Source: an uncultured Lentisphaeraceae bacterium
GTDB lineage: Bacteria; Verrucomicrobiota; Kiritimatiellia; RFP12; DVOR01
Reading direction: 5' to 3'
Assembly: GCA_949282555.1 (NCBI GenBank)
Contig: CASDPK010000004.1
Location: forward strand, 24,378 to 88,377
DNA length: 64,000 nucleotides
Made by a program: the position numbers and the translations under genes. This document shows, piece after piece, positions 18,079-26,776 of this stretch; within the stretch, counting starts at the first letter, position 1, and every line of letters begins with the position of its first letter. A model generated the notes under the pieces. The model was not told the origin of the DNA and did not search any database. It worked only from the letters and a program-made list of their open reading frames with translations.

Positions 18079-18750
18079 TCAGAAAAAGGCGCTTCTCGCC
18101 CGGGCTTTGGTTTCCGCCGAAGCGGCAAAAGGAATGCGTGTGGTGTAACCGGCGCGGGCCGCGACAATCATCTTCGTCGGCCACCGATACACATCGGCAT
18201 TCCACTGCGCCACGGTGTCATTGTAGAGCGTCCGGGCGGCCGTGATTTCCTGTTGCAGATAGCGGTTCTGCTGCATCGCATCGGCGATGGCGGAATGGGC
18301 CCGCAGCTCCGGATATGCCTCAACCTGCGGGAAAAGCCGCCCGAATGCGGCATCCAAATCGCGCGAGACCGCATTCCGTGCGGCATCGGTACCAATGGCC
18401 GCAGCACCGCCGCGGAAAGCCGCGACGGCCTTCATCACATCCTTATCCAAATCGATCGCCTTCGAAAGGAGCCCGGCGACATTCTGCAGAATCTGCACGC
18501 GCTGCTCGAGATAATTGTCAATCTCAGAGGCTTCCGCCTGCAACTTCTGCTGAAGGCGGAGAAAATAGTTCCGCGCGGCAATCTTCATAAAAAGGAAGAT
18601 CACCCCAGGCACAATCCCCAAACACCAAAGAAGCACCTCAAACAATGCGGAACCAACGCCCACTCTCACGGGCAACTGACGCTCAATCACCGCGACATCG
18701 CGCCCTTCGACATTGACCGGGCCCGCCATTTCGTCAAGTTCGTTTGCCAT
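18079..18750 (-). CDS. lemA: LemA family protein
   Basis: ORF 18079..18771. ATG at 18750 is preceded by AAGGAG. It has an N-terminal TM and the LemA-typical region EAYPELRA...QQEITAARTLYNDTVAQWN. Confidence 0.85.
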   Translation of the reverse strand: MANELDEMAGPVNVEGRDVAVIERQLPVRVGVGSALFEVLLWCLGIVPGVIFLFMKIAARNYFLRLQQKLQAEASEIDNYLEQRVQILQNVAGLLSKAIDLDKDVMKAVAAFRGGAAAIGTDAARNAVSRDLDAAFGRLFPQVEAYPELRAHSAIADAMQQNRYLQQEITAARTLYNDTVAQWNADVYRWPTKMIVAARAGYTTRIPFAASAETKARARSAFF

Positions 18751-18953
18751 GACAACTCCTTGTCCTACCATCTGAGAATCGATCAGGCCCCATGCCCGAA
18801 ACGCAACGACATGATAGCATACCGAAGGGGACTTGAATATCCCATGGCCTCCCTTTTGCCCGCTTCGGGAGATTCTTTTGGCGACATCGTAATTTCAAGA
18901 AATAATGCTTGTATCCGTGGACACAATTGTGCTATCATAAATCCCGATTTTCA

Positions 18954-19044
18954 GGAGAGGTGGCCGAGTGGTCGAAGGCGCAAGACTGGAAATCTTGTGT
19001 ACTCCTTGTGGGTACCGTGGGTTCAAATCCCACCCTCTCCGCCA
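18954..19044 (+). tRNA. tRNA-Ser (GGA)
   Basis: Acceptor GGAGAGG/CCTCTCC, anticodon loop CTGGAAA, long variable arm, T loop GGTTCAAATCC, encoded CCA. Confidence 0.9.
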
Positions 19045-19169
19045 CTTTTGAGGGAGTTTTCCCTTTCGTTGAGGAACGCTTGTGATCGCAAATGATTGCA
19101 GGTGTTTTTCTTTCTTGGCCTAGAGAACAACACCACAGAGCGAGGCCAACGCCCCACCCGACCGATGCC

Positions 19170-20312
19170 TCAAGAGCGCGCCCCGGAACGGCCAGCCTCA
19201 CGTTTCAGGCGTTCAGCCTCCCGACGGAGCGGCGGCACGATGTGAGCATAGATGCGTTTCCACGCGGGACAAAGGAAAGAAAGCGTGCGCGAATCCCGGG
19301 AGGCATCGTGCCCCGTTCGATTCTTTGGGCAATCCCCTTGGCAGAAGAAACGATGGGGACAAGCATCACAAGCCGCATTCATCGCGGCCTTTCGGGCGCC
19401 AAACGCGGTGTGCCGCGGCTCGTCCCAAAGCTCGTCCCAATCATGCGTGGTGATGTTGCCAAGACGAAGCTCCGGACGCACAAAGAAATCGCACGGATAA
19501 ACATCCCCGTTGTGCTCAACGACGAAGTATTCCCGACAGTCACACCCCATTGAGCAACTGTTGGCGTTGCCCGTGAGCAGCTTGGCGACAACGCTGTCAA
19601 AGAGGCGCACGGAAACGGTATGCACATCGTGGGCATACCACTCATCGAAAATGGCAATGATGAAATCAGCCCACGCCTCGGGCGAGATCGCATAGGGAAG
19701 AAGCGCCCCATCCTCCCCGAACTCAACGCACTCAATGAACTGGAGGTAGCGCGCGCCCAACGTGTCGCGCAAATACCGATAGGTTCCCAGCGGATCATGC
19801 ACATTGCTCTGGGAGACGAGCGTGAGAAGGTTAAACTCCGCCCCTGCGGCACGCAAACAATCCAACCCTCGCATGACGGCCGCATGGCTGCCGCGCCCGG
19901 CGACGTCCGGGCGGCGCTCGTTATGCACCGCCTCGGGGCCATCCACGCTGACCCCCAGCAGAAAATGCTCTTGGGCAAAGAAGTCGGCCAACGAAGGCGT
20001 CAGCAAGGTGCCGTTCGTTTGCACACAGTTCGTGATCTGCGTCCCCGAGCGCGCATATCGCCGCTGAAGCCGAATCAAGGTGCGATAAAACGCTTCCCCC
20101 ATCAAAAGGGGTTCCCCACCCTGAAAGGCAAACGTATGGGCAGGAAACGGCAGGGCCAAGTATCCGCGCACAAGGCGCGTGAGCGTGGCTTCATCCATCC
20201 GATGGACGGAGGTCCCCGGATAGAGCTCACGCCGCCCAAGATAGAAACAATACGCACAGCGCAGATTGCAATCTGCGCCGGCGGGTTTGATGAGCAAAGA
20301 GAAGGGACGCAT
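19170..20312 (-). CDS. anaerobic sulfatase-maturating enzyme (radical SAM/SPASM)
   Basis: ATG at 20312 gives MRPFSLLIKPAGADCNLRCAYCFY (CX3CX2C). C-terminal Cys clusters (CSMGCDC, CDACPHRFFCQGDCPKN) are typical of an anSME SPASM domain. Confidence 0.88.
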   Translation of the reverse strand: MRPFSLLIKPAGADCNLRCAYCFYLGRRELYPGTSVHRMDEATLTRLVRGYLALPFPAHTFAFQGGEPLLMGEAFYRTLIRLQRRYARSGTQITNCVQTNGTLLTPSLADFFAQEHFLLGVSVDGPEAVHNERRPDVAGRGSHAAVMRGLDCLRAAGAEFNLLTLVSQSNVHDPLGTYRYLRDTLGARYLQFIECVEFGEDGALLPYAISPEAWADFIIAIFDEWYAHDVHTVSVRLFDSVVAKLLTGNANSCSMGCDCREYFVVEHNGDVYPCDFFVRPELRLGNITTHDWDELWDEPRHTAFGARKAAMNAACDACPHRFFCQGDCPKNRTGHDASRDSRTLSFLCPAWKRIYAHIVPPLRREAERLKREAGRSGARS

Positions 20313-20329
20313 GGGACGCGAAACGAGCC

Positions 20330-21646
20330 TCACACCGTGGCGGAAAGCCGGGAGCGAATATCCTCTTCCGTGAGCGTAAGAGTGCCCTCAGCCAACTCAC
20401 CGCGCTTGCGGCGATCAGGAATCTCATACATATCGTCGGCCATGACCTGCTCCATGATGGAGCGCAACCCACGGGCGCCGGTCTTGCGCTTGATGGCCTC
20501 CCGCGCAATGGTGCGCAAGGCCCCCTCCGTGAAGGAGAGCCCCACGCCCTCCATCGAGAGAAGCTTCTGATACTGGCGCACGATGGCGTTCTTGGGCTCG
20601 GTGAGAATGCGGACCAACTCCTCCTCCGTGAGCTCGCCCATCTTGGCCACCACGGGAATGCGCCCCACGAACTCAGGGATCAAACCAAAGCTCACAAGAT
20701 CCTCCGGCTGAACCTGGGAGAGAATACGGTCTTGCTCCTTGCGTTCATCCGCCTCGGCATCCACAAAGCCGATCGCCTTCTTCCCGAGGCGCGCCTTGAT
20801 CTTCTCATCCAGCCCAACGAAGGCCCCTCCGCAGATGAAAAGGATGTTCGACGTGTCCATCGCGATGTATTCCGCCTGCGGGTGCTTGCGTCCGCCCTTT
20901 TCCGGGACGTGCGCCACCGTGCCCTCAATGATCTTGAGCAACGCCTGCTGCACGCCCTCGCCGCTCACATCGCGCGTGATGGAGGTGTTCTCGGTCTTGC
21001 GGGCGATCTTGTCGATCTCGTCGATATAGATGATGCCGCGCTGCGCGCGCTCCACATCCATGTCGCACGCCTGGAGGAGATACAACAGAATGTTCTCCAC
21101 ATCCTCGCCCACATAGCCCGCCTCCGTCACCGTGGTGGCATCGGCAATGGCAAAAGGCACCCTCAACATCCGGGCAAGCGTCTTCGCGAACAACGTTTTG
21201 CCGCACCCCGTGGGGCCAATGAGCAACACATTGCTCTTCTCAATCTCCACATCGGCATAAGGCGCATCCTTCCCCGCCTCCCCCGAAGGCTGGTTCAACC
21301 GCTGATAATGGTTGTGCACCGCCACCGAAAGCAACCGCTTCACGCGATCGTGGCCCACGATATACTGATCAAGAAAAGCCTTGATCTCCGGCGGCGTGGG
21401 CACCTCCATGGGCTCGGCAGGCGCCGCCTTCTTGGAGCGCTTCCGCGGCGACTGCTGCGACTCCAAAAACGCCATCAGCTGGGCATACTCCGGGCTCCGC
21501 GCCAGCTCAGACTGCACCAACGATTCAATGCAATGCTCACACAAAACCGCCTTGCCATCCATCCCCGCGATGGCATGCTCCGGCGTCACAGACCGTCCGC
21601 AAAAGGAGCAAAGAATCTCGTCGTCGTGTTTGCCGCGCTTGGCCAT
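20330..21646 (-). CDS. clpX: ATP-dependent Clp protease ATP-binding subunit ClpX
   Basis: ATG at 21646 gives [19 protein letters not shown] (zinc-binding N-domain). It has Walker A GPTGCGKT and [10 protein letters not shown]. The track ORF start at 21772 would run into a tRNA. Confidence 0.95.
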   Translation of the reverse strand: MAKRGKHDDEILCSFCGRSVTPEHAIAGMDGKAVLCEHCIESLVQSELARSPEYAQLMAFLESQQSPRKRSKKAAPAEPMEVPTPPEIKAFLDQYIVGHDRVKRLLSVAVHNHYQRLNQPSGEAGKDAPYADVEIEKSNVLLIGPTGCGKTLFAKTLARMLRVPFAIADATTVTEAGYVGEDVENILLYLLQACDMDVERAQRGIIYIDEIDKIARKTENTSITRDVSGEGVQQALLKIIEGTVAHVPEKGGRKHPQAEYIAMDTSNILFICGGAFVGLDEKIKARLGKKAIGFVDAEADERKEQDRILSQVQPEDLVSFGLIPEFVGRIPVVAKMGELTEEELVRILTEPKNAIVRQYQKLLSMEGVGLSFTEGALRTIAREAIKRKTGARGLRSIMEQVMADDMYEIPDRRKRGELAEGTLTLTEEDIRSRLSATV

Positions 21647-21702
21647 GGCGACCTCCCAAAACAAAAGCCGCCCCATGAAATGGGGAGGCCTGGCAGTTGA
21701 AG

Positions 21703-21792
21703 TGGCGGAGAGGGAGGGATTCGAACCCCCGGTACCTTGCGGCACGCATGATTTCGAGTCATGTGCATTCAACCAGGCTCTGCCACCTCTCC
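21703..21792 (-). tRNA. tRNA-Ser (CGA)
   Basis: The reverse complement starts GGAGAGGTGGCAGAGCCTGG. It has anticodon loop CTCGAAA, a long variable arm, T loop GGTTCGAATCC and CCA. Confidence 0.9.
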
Positions 21793-21795
21793 GGA

Positions 21796-21870
21796 TGGCA
21801 CCCCCAAGCGGAGTCGGACCGCTCTTCCAAGGATGAGAACCTTGTGTCCTAGCCGATAGACGATGGGGGC
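21796..21870 (-). tRNA. tRNA-Glu (CTC), copy 1
   Basis: The reverse complement is GCCCCCATCGTCTATCGGCTAGGACACAAGGTTCTCATCCTTGGAAGAGCGGTCCGACTCCGCTTGGGGGTGCCA. The anticodon loop is TTCTCAT. Confidence 0.85.
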
Positions 21871-21888
21871 GTGGACAAATCCCCTAGT

Positions 21889-21963
21889 TGGCACCCCCAA
21901 GCGGAGTCGGACCGCTCTTCCAAGGATGAGAACCTTGTGTCCTAGCCGATAGACGATGGGGGC
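21889..21963 (-). tRNA. tRNA-Glu (CTC), copy 2 (identical to copy 1)
   Basis: Same 75-nt sequence as 21796-21870, separated from it by an 18-nt spacer. Confidence 0.85.
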
Positions 21964-21978
21964 GTAGGAGCGATTGTT

Positions 21979-22063
21979 TGGTGCACCCGGTGGGACTCGA
22001 ACCCACACGTCTCTCAACATAAGAACCTGAATCTTACGTGTCTGCCAATTCCACCACGGGTGC
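21979..22063 (-). tRNA. tRNA-Leu (CAG)
   Basis: The reverse complement starts GCACCCGTGGTGGAATTGGCAGACACG. It has anticodon arm TAAGA-TTCAGGT-TCTTA, a long variable arm, T loop GGTTCGAGTCC and CCA. Confidence 0.88.
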
Positions 22064-22075
22064 GGCACTTTGGGA

Positions 22076-22152
22076 TGGTCGGAGTGGAGGGATTTGAACC
22101 CTCGACCTTTTGGTCCCGAACCAAACGCGCTACCAGGCTGCGCTACGCTCCG
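22076..22152 (-). tRNA. tRNA-Pro (CGG)
   Basis: The reverse complement starts CGGAGCGTAGCGCAGCCTGGTAGCGC. It has anticodon arm TTTGG-TTCGGGA-CCAAA, T loop GGTTCAAATCC and CCA. There is one A-C mismatch in the acceptor stem. Confidence 0.85.
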
Positions 22153-22330
22153 TCCTGCAAAGTGCGGATAAGATATCAAAAACCACTCCCTCCTTGCAAG
22201 CCTTTTTTGCGGACGCGATTGGCACGGCACGTCCCGCAATGAAATGGGCCAAAGAATGGCAAAAGCGGGAAGGCGTCCGTAAAAGAACGCTAACGCGACA
22301 GACTGCACCCTGCGCAAATCCACAGACCTC

Positions 22331-23002
22331 CTATGGCATCTGGTCATTCTCCCAATCAATATCATGAAATGACCGCATCAACGGGAATTGAGCATGGTAG
22401 TGAATCGGCAGATTCAATATCCCATCAAAGGGCTGGCCGCGTTTGAATTGAAATTTGACATTTGCAATCTCCCACTCCTTCGCCCCATCATAGACAAGAA
22501 AGGCAATCTCCGTTTTCAATGTACGTGAAATAATGATTTTCGCTTTACGCATGCCATCCTTTGAACTGCCCAAATATGCGTACACTCCGGATTTCGGCAC
22601 GGGGAACGCTCCATCCCCAAAAATAAGAAACTTCGTATAAAGTGTTGCCTGAGAGGTCGAATAGTCGTTTATGCCAATGCCTTCCCTCAAAAAGGCTTTT
22701 CCTTCGGCCGATGGGAAAACCTCAGGGACACAAAGCAACATCGCATTTTTCCCATCATAATACGCGCGTATTGGCAGTGACGAAGCCGGGACAAAACGCG
22801 TGGGATATTCAGAAAGAGTCAACCCCGAAATCGGGCCATAAGAAGCGACCTCCTTTTCATATTGTCCTCCCCCATTAAACTCATACAACTCTCGCAACGG
22901 AATCTTTTCAAGCCACCGCCCCAATGTTGGAGGGGTCGCAAGCCCTCGATAAATGAGCAGGACAAGGAGCAAGAGCAGAAGGAAAAGAGAAATACGCATC
23001 AT
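22331..23002 (-). CDS. hypothetical membrane-anchored/exported protein (island partner gene)
   Basis: 223 aa starting MMRISLFLLLLLLVLLIYRGLA. It is AT-richer and starts 9 nt after the stop of small-family gene 23012..23416. Confidence 0.65.
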   Translation of the reverse strand: MMRISLFLLLLLLVLLIYRGLATPPTLGRWLEKIPLRELYEFNGGGQYEKEVASYGPISGLTLSEYPTRFVPASSLPIRAYYDGKNAMLLCVPEVFPSAEGKAFLREGIGINDYSTSQATLYTKFLIFGDGAFPVPKSGVYAYLGSSKDGMRKAKIIISRTLKTEIAFLVYDGAKEWEIANVKFQFKRGQPFDGILNLPIHYHAQFPLMRSFHDIDWENDQMP

Positions 23003-23011
23003 CCCCTCCTC

Positions 23012-23416
23012 TCAAAGGGCTTGCCAATGCCGAACGGATGAGCTTGGCTCACCGCCTTTTGCCATGCACGTTTCGACGCGACACCCCATATGGTCGGGAG
23101 TCATCAGAATCACGGCACCACCGGATCTCCAGCGAATGGGGCGGTTCTCGACATTGTTGGTGACGGGCCACACACCGGTCTCGGTTTTGATACGAATTTG
23201 GTTTCCCTCCTCGTTCACGCTTATGGGTACATCTCTTCCCATATCGTCACAGGGATAGGAAAGGCTATCCACAGAGATAAACTCGTCGCGGACGGTGTAA
23301 CCGCATGACCCATCATTCTTCGAGACGCAACGGCCGTGCAGTCCGCTGGTATTGGAACTCACATCCGGGCCATCAGACATTGCAACAACATCATACATCG
23401 TTTCGATTTGCCTCAT
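23012..23416 (-). CDS. small Cys-containing protein, family copy c2
   Basis: Same frame as ORF 23012..23473. ATG at 23416 forms an ATGA overlap with the stop (23413-23415) of the upstream lipoprotein gene. It contains GRCVSKNDGSCGYTVRDEFISVDSLSYPCDDMGRDVPISV...NRPIRW. Confidence 0.6.
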   Translation of the reverse strand: MRQIETMYDVVAMSDGPDVSSNTSGLHGRCVSKNDGSCGYTVRDEFISVDSLSYPCDDMGRDVPISVNEEGNQIRIKTETGVWPVTNNVENRPIRWRSGGAVILMTPDHMGCRVETCMAKGGEPSSSVRHWQAL

Positions 23417-24462
23417 TGCTCCTCTATCATCAGTAGCCCATTTCCCCAATGAAAGACGGACGATGTCACCCACGGAAGCGTTACGATAACATTGCCTGAC
23501 AAATCTTGAATGGTCGTGCGGTAAAACCCCATAAAAAGGCGTTTACGCACAACAACGTATTGCCCGGCAAAAAACGGCCCGACATAAACATCTTCTCTCC
23601 TTGGCAGAGAACCTTGTCTGACAATCTTTTTCTTCTCAACGTCATAGCACGCATAGGCCCCGCCCAAGTAATCATAAACCCAATAAAGGTGATTCTCGTC
23701 CCACCATTTCGCATAAATCCGAAAGTTTACGGAAAGTCGAGACACCTCATTGGCATCATTGTCCAAAAAGAGAATCTCGTTTTTGCTCAATTGAGCTGCG
23801 TGATGACATCCTGAGAGGTCGGAAGAAAGGCAATGGTCAATTCCTGGATATTGCACGGGATGGGGCAAACGCGCCTTTTCCCCCGTTGTCAGCCACACCT
23901 TCCATAGTTGCACATCTTCACACCCATCATCATCCGACTCCATCACGCATAACAACGTGTCGTCCGTGAGAAAGACGAACGGCGGCTCGTTGAGTCCTGC
24001 AAGGGATTGGGTGGTCGGGTTGGGCGAAATAGGCACACCGGGCTTGGCCGGGTCTGAAAGTTGGCGAAGCATCAATCGCTTTACACTCCCCTTATCGCCC
24101 TCAAAGAAATCGTCATAAACCAAATGATTCCCACGCACGGAAAAATCGCTCCGAATCCGTTCGGGAATGTCCCACTGCCTTAGTCCTTTTCCCTGAAACG
24201 TATATTGCCGGACAATCGTCCTTTGATCGTTCATGGGCTGGCGGGTCGCGAATGTCCGATCCTTAAAATCAGGGTAGCGCTCAAAGATCTCCCGCCATTC
24301 GGGTTCTGGGCAAACGTGATCCAAAACGGCAATGACTTTGCGTTGATTGAGATCATAGATTTGGATTTTGCGCCGCGCAGCCTCCTCCATGAAAAAACAG
24401 CCCGAAGCAAAAAACAGCAAAGCCACCGACACTGCGCATCGCAACAACTTCCGCACATTCAT
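23413..24462 (-). CDS. hypothetical lipoprotein (island partner gene)
   Basis: 349 aa starting MNVRKLLRCAVSVALLFFASGC (lipobox). I recognise no family. Confidence 0.7.
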   Translation of the reverse strand: MNVRKLLRCAVSVALLFFASGCFFMEEAARRKIQIYDLNQRKVIAVLDHVCPEPEWREIFERYPDFKDRTFATRQPMNDQRTIVRQYTFQGKGLRQWDIPERIRSDFSVRGNHLVYDDFFEGDKGSVKRLMLRQLSDPAKPGVPISPNPTTQSLAGLNEPPFVFLTDDTLLCVMESDDDGCEDVQLWKVWLTTGEKARLPHPVQYPGIDHCLSSDLSGCHHAAQLSKNEILFLDNDANEVSRLSVNFRIYAKWWDENHLYWVYDYLGGAYACYDVEKKKIVRQGSLPRREDVYVGPFFAGQYVVVRKRLFMGFYRTTIQDLSGNVIVTLPWVTSSVFHWGNGLLMIEEQ

Positions 24463-24494
24463 TGTTCACCTCCTGTTTAATCCACGACCTTCCC

Positions 24495-24674
24495 TCAAGA
24501 AGACGTCGGCCCCATAAGAACCGTCGGATTCAGAGTGCCATGGCTCATGATAACACCATAGGCCACCGATTGTTCGTATTCCCCATCCACGGGACACCCA
24601 ACATGACAACCAAAGAGAATATGTGCCTCCTTCATGAAGATGTTGATGCTTGGCCCAACGGTACAGTTTTCCAT
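24495..24674 (-). pseudogene. divergent or decayed small-family copy (MENCT... start)
   Basis: ATG at 24674 gives MENCTVGPSINIFMKEAHILFGCHVGCPVDGEYEQS.... It shares the N-terminus with 25146..25496 but loses the GY.V.D...CDD core after LFGC. It is 59 aa long. Confidence 0.4.
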
Positions 24675-25215
24675 ACTTTTATCAAGCTCTCGAAACCACG
24701 ATGGCACTTATGCCTGCCATGAAAAGACATATAAACGCGCTCCCCGCAAAACCTCGCAGGGTAAACAAAGAACTACAATAAAATCCCTCGCCTTTCTCTT
24801 TTTGCGCCAACTCTTTGATTTTAGGAATCAACCAATCGTAATCGCGAATACTCCGCTTTCCAACGGCGTCATGAACGGGGTTACAATCTAGAAGTAGATA
24901 ATTCTTTCCATTCAACGTATACGTCAAGCAGAAAAAAAGTGGACCTGGCATCGCACACATCCGAATCGTATTCACACATTCAAGAGGACAGCGCTTTATT
25001 CTCCGAACATCAGGCCTCCCATAAGAATATGGGATAAATGCAATGGAATCCTTTTCGCGCACGATTTTATCATAGCTAAAAAACATCAATATACTCATTA
25101 ACGTCAGCCAAATGAGAAAGGGAATAACAATGATACGTTTCGCTATCATACGCGATCCCCCTTTGAGGCGTTCCGCCGACGTCCACGCATCCCCACGCCA
25201 AACACGAAATCATAC
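24605..25215. repeat. direct repeat unit 1 of the island tandem duplication (approximate ends)
   Basis: It aligns by eye with 25395-26033, apart from a 24-nt indel near the left end; most differences are single substitutions. It covers the 3' end of one small ORF, the whole membrane-protein gene and the 5' end of the next small ORF. Confidence 0.8.
24682..25149 (-). CDS. hypothetical two-TM membrane protein (island partner gene, paralog A)
   Basis: 155 aa, MIAKRIIVIPFLIWLTLMSILMFF...GSAFICLFMAGISAIVV. Its ATG forms an ATGA overlap with the stop of 25146..25496. Confidence 0.7.
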   Translation of the reverse strand: MIAKRIIVIPFLIWLTLMSILMFFSYDKIVREKDSIAFIPYSYGRPDVRRIKRCPLECVNTIRMCAMPGPLFFCLTYTLNGKNYLLLDCNPVHDAVGKRSIRDYDWLIPKIKELAQKEKGEGFYCSSLFTLRGFAGSAFICLFMAGISAIVVSRA

Positions 25216-25496
25216 ACCGATAAGGGGTTGCGCTTCTTCGGCAACGTCTTAAGGTGTGAGATTGGCGACAACCGTGAACGTTTTGCCCTCGTTCGTGGAG
25301 TTTCGATTTCCATGTCGTCACAGGAATAGGAAAGGCCATCCGCAGAGACAAGCCCATCGCGGACGTTGTAACCATATAGCTCGCCATTCTTGGGGAAACA
25401 ACAACCGAGGAGAATACGTGCCTCATTCATACGAATGGCGACCGATACCTCCTTCACGAGGATGTTGATGCTTGGCCCAATGGTACAGTTTTCCAT
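25146..25496 (-). CDS. small Cys-containing protein, family copy c3
   Basis: 116 aa: MENCTIGPSINILVKE...ARILLGCCFPKNGELYGYNVRDGLVSADGLSYSCDDME...KRNPLSVYDF. Confidence 0.6.
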   Translation of the reverse strand: MENCTIGPSINILVKEVSVAIRMNEARILLGCCFPKNGELYGYNVRDGLVSADGLSYSCDDMEIETPRTRAKRSRLSPISHLKTLPKKRNPLSVYDFVFGVGMRGRRRNASKGDRV

Positions 25497-26033
25497 ACGG
25501 TTATCAAACTCTAGAGACTACGATGGCACTTATGCCTGCCATATAAAGAAATATAAATGCACTCTTTGCAAACTCTTTCAAGATGAATGCTCGGCTCCAA
25601 TAAAATCCATCTCCCTCGCTTTTTGATGCTAACGCTTTGATTTTACAAATCAACGGATCGTAATCGCGAATACTCCGCTTTCCAACCTCGCGAGTGAAGT
25701 TACAATTTAGAAGTAGATAATCCTTTCCATTCAACGTATACGTCAAGCAGAAAAAAAGTGGACCTGACATCGCACACATCCGAATCGTATTCACACATTC
25801 AAGGGGACAGCGCTTTATTCTCCGAACATCAGGCATCCCATAGGAATATGGAATGAATGCAATGGAATCCTTTTCGCGAACGATCTTCATATATCCAAAA
25901 AATGTACTTAGACTCATTAAGGTCAGCCAAATGAGAAATGGGATAACAATGATACGTTTCGCTATCATACGCGTTCCCTCTTTGAGATGTTCCGCCGACG
26001 TCCACGCATCTCCACGCCAAACACGAAATCATA
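25395..26033. repeat. direct repeat unit 2 of the island tandem duplication (approximate ends)
   Basis: See unit 1. Beyond 26033 only a short remnant ending YDFVFGVEMRGRRRNISKRERV remains of a small-family C-terminus. It again forms an ATGA overlap with the membrane-protein ATG at 25968. Confidence 0.8.
25504..25968 (-). CDS. hypothetical two-TM membrane protein (island partner gene, paralog B)
   Basis: 154 aa, collinear with 24682..25149 (MIAKRIIVIPFLIWLTLMS..., RIKRCPLECVNTIRMCAM). Confidence 0.7.
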   Translation of the reverse strand: MIAKRIIVIPFLIWLTLMSLSTFFGYMKIVREKDSIAFIPYSYGMPDVRRIKRCPLECVNTIRMCAMSGPLFFCLTYTLNGKDYLLLNCNFTREVGKRSIRDYDPLICKIKALASKSEGDGFYWSRAFILKEFAKSAFIFLYMAGISAIVVSRV

Positions 26034-26053
26034 GGTCGTCCATTCATGTACAA

Positions 26054-26611
26054 TCACAACTTCGTCCCAGGGACGTATTCGGTTTCAAGGATGTGACTTA
26101 AAGCCTCGGACTCTCTCTTGTATGCCTCCAATATTCGACGAAGCACATGATACGCCTCGCCTTGAAGATTGAGTCGATTAAAATAAGCCACCATCCTGTT
26201 CATGGCGTCTTTATGCGCGGCAATGTTTTTAAGCTGACGTAGGAGCGCTCGTTCCAATTCTTCCAAAGATGTGTCGGTTTTCCAATCAAAGGATTTCACT
26301 GCTTGCTGCGCAGAAGATGTCGAAGGCTCTGTCCTTTCTGAAAGGCCCGCACGTTCAAGTCTGACCGAAAGCCAAACAACATCCAGCATAAGTTGCTTGT
26401 AAAAGGGCAACGCTCTTCGCCACCTCACACTCGGCCGAGGCAACACGATTTCCCAGCGGTGCGTTCGCTCATTTGCCGCATCACACACTGCCACGGCAAG
26501 CTCTCGCCAGTCATCCTCCGAATGCTTTAAGGAGGAGGGCGATTGGGCAAACACACCAAACGCAAAGAAGAGTGACCCGCACTTGAAGATAGCGTCTTTC
26601 ATGCAAAACAT
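26054..26611 (-). CDS. hypothetical exported protein (island partner gene)
   Basis: The track ORF 26054..26629 uses TTG. ATG at 26611 gives MFCMKDAIFKCGSLFFAFGVFAQSP (signal peptide). The rest looks helical. Confidence 0.6.
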   Translation of the reverse strand: MFCMKDAIFKCGSLFFAFGVFAQSPSSLKHSEDDWRELAVAVCDAANERTHRWEIVLPRPSVRWRRALPFYKQLMLDVVWLSVRLERAGLSERTEPSTSSAQQAVKSFDWKTDTSLEELERALLRQLKNIAAHKDAMNRMVAYFNRLNLQGEAYHVLRRILEAYKRESEALSHILETEYVPGTKL

Positions 26612-26632
26612 CGCTCCCGTCCTCCTCAAGAC

Positions 26633-26776
26633 TTAACACATTCCGCAACAATCATCCGCAGAGACAAGCCCATCGCGGACGGTGTAACCATATAGCTCGC
26701 CATTCTTGGGGAAACAACAACCAAGAAGGGGCCGTCCCCTCCGCAACTTCCATGCACGTGTTCCCGCAAGCACCAT
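26633..26776 (-). pseudogene. truncated small-family copy c4 (47 aa, ends just after the ...SADD core)
   Basis: Not in the track in this frame. ATG at 26776 gives MVLAGTRAWKLRRGRPLLGCCFPKNGELYGYTVRDGLVSADDCCGMC*. It is collinear at nucleotide level with the 5' region of c1 (about 2150-2345), including roughly 45 nt upstream of the ATG. Confidence 0.5.

Noticed and set aside
17596-19095. 499-aa plus-strand ORF
   Set aside because: It is antisense to the DUF3137-like and LemA genes, and it reads straight through tRNA-Ser(GGA).
21796-21963. Possible CRISPR-like or tandem repeat with a 93-nt period
   Set aside because: The repeat unit folds as a complete tRNA-Glu(CUC). There are only two copies and no spacer-array structure. 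No CRISPR array is present anywhere in the window.
21769-22365. 198-aa minus-strand ORF, and 12789..13256 (155 aa)
   Set aside because: Both are translations across tRNA genes (the five-tRNA cluster, and the tRNA-Met/Asn pair).
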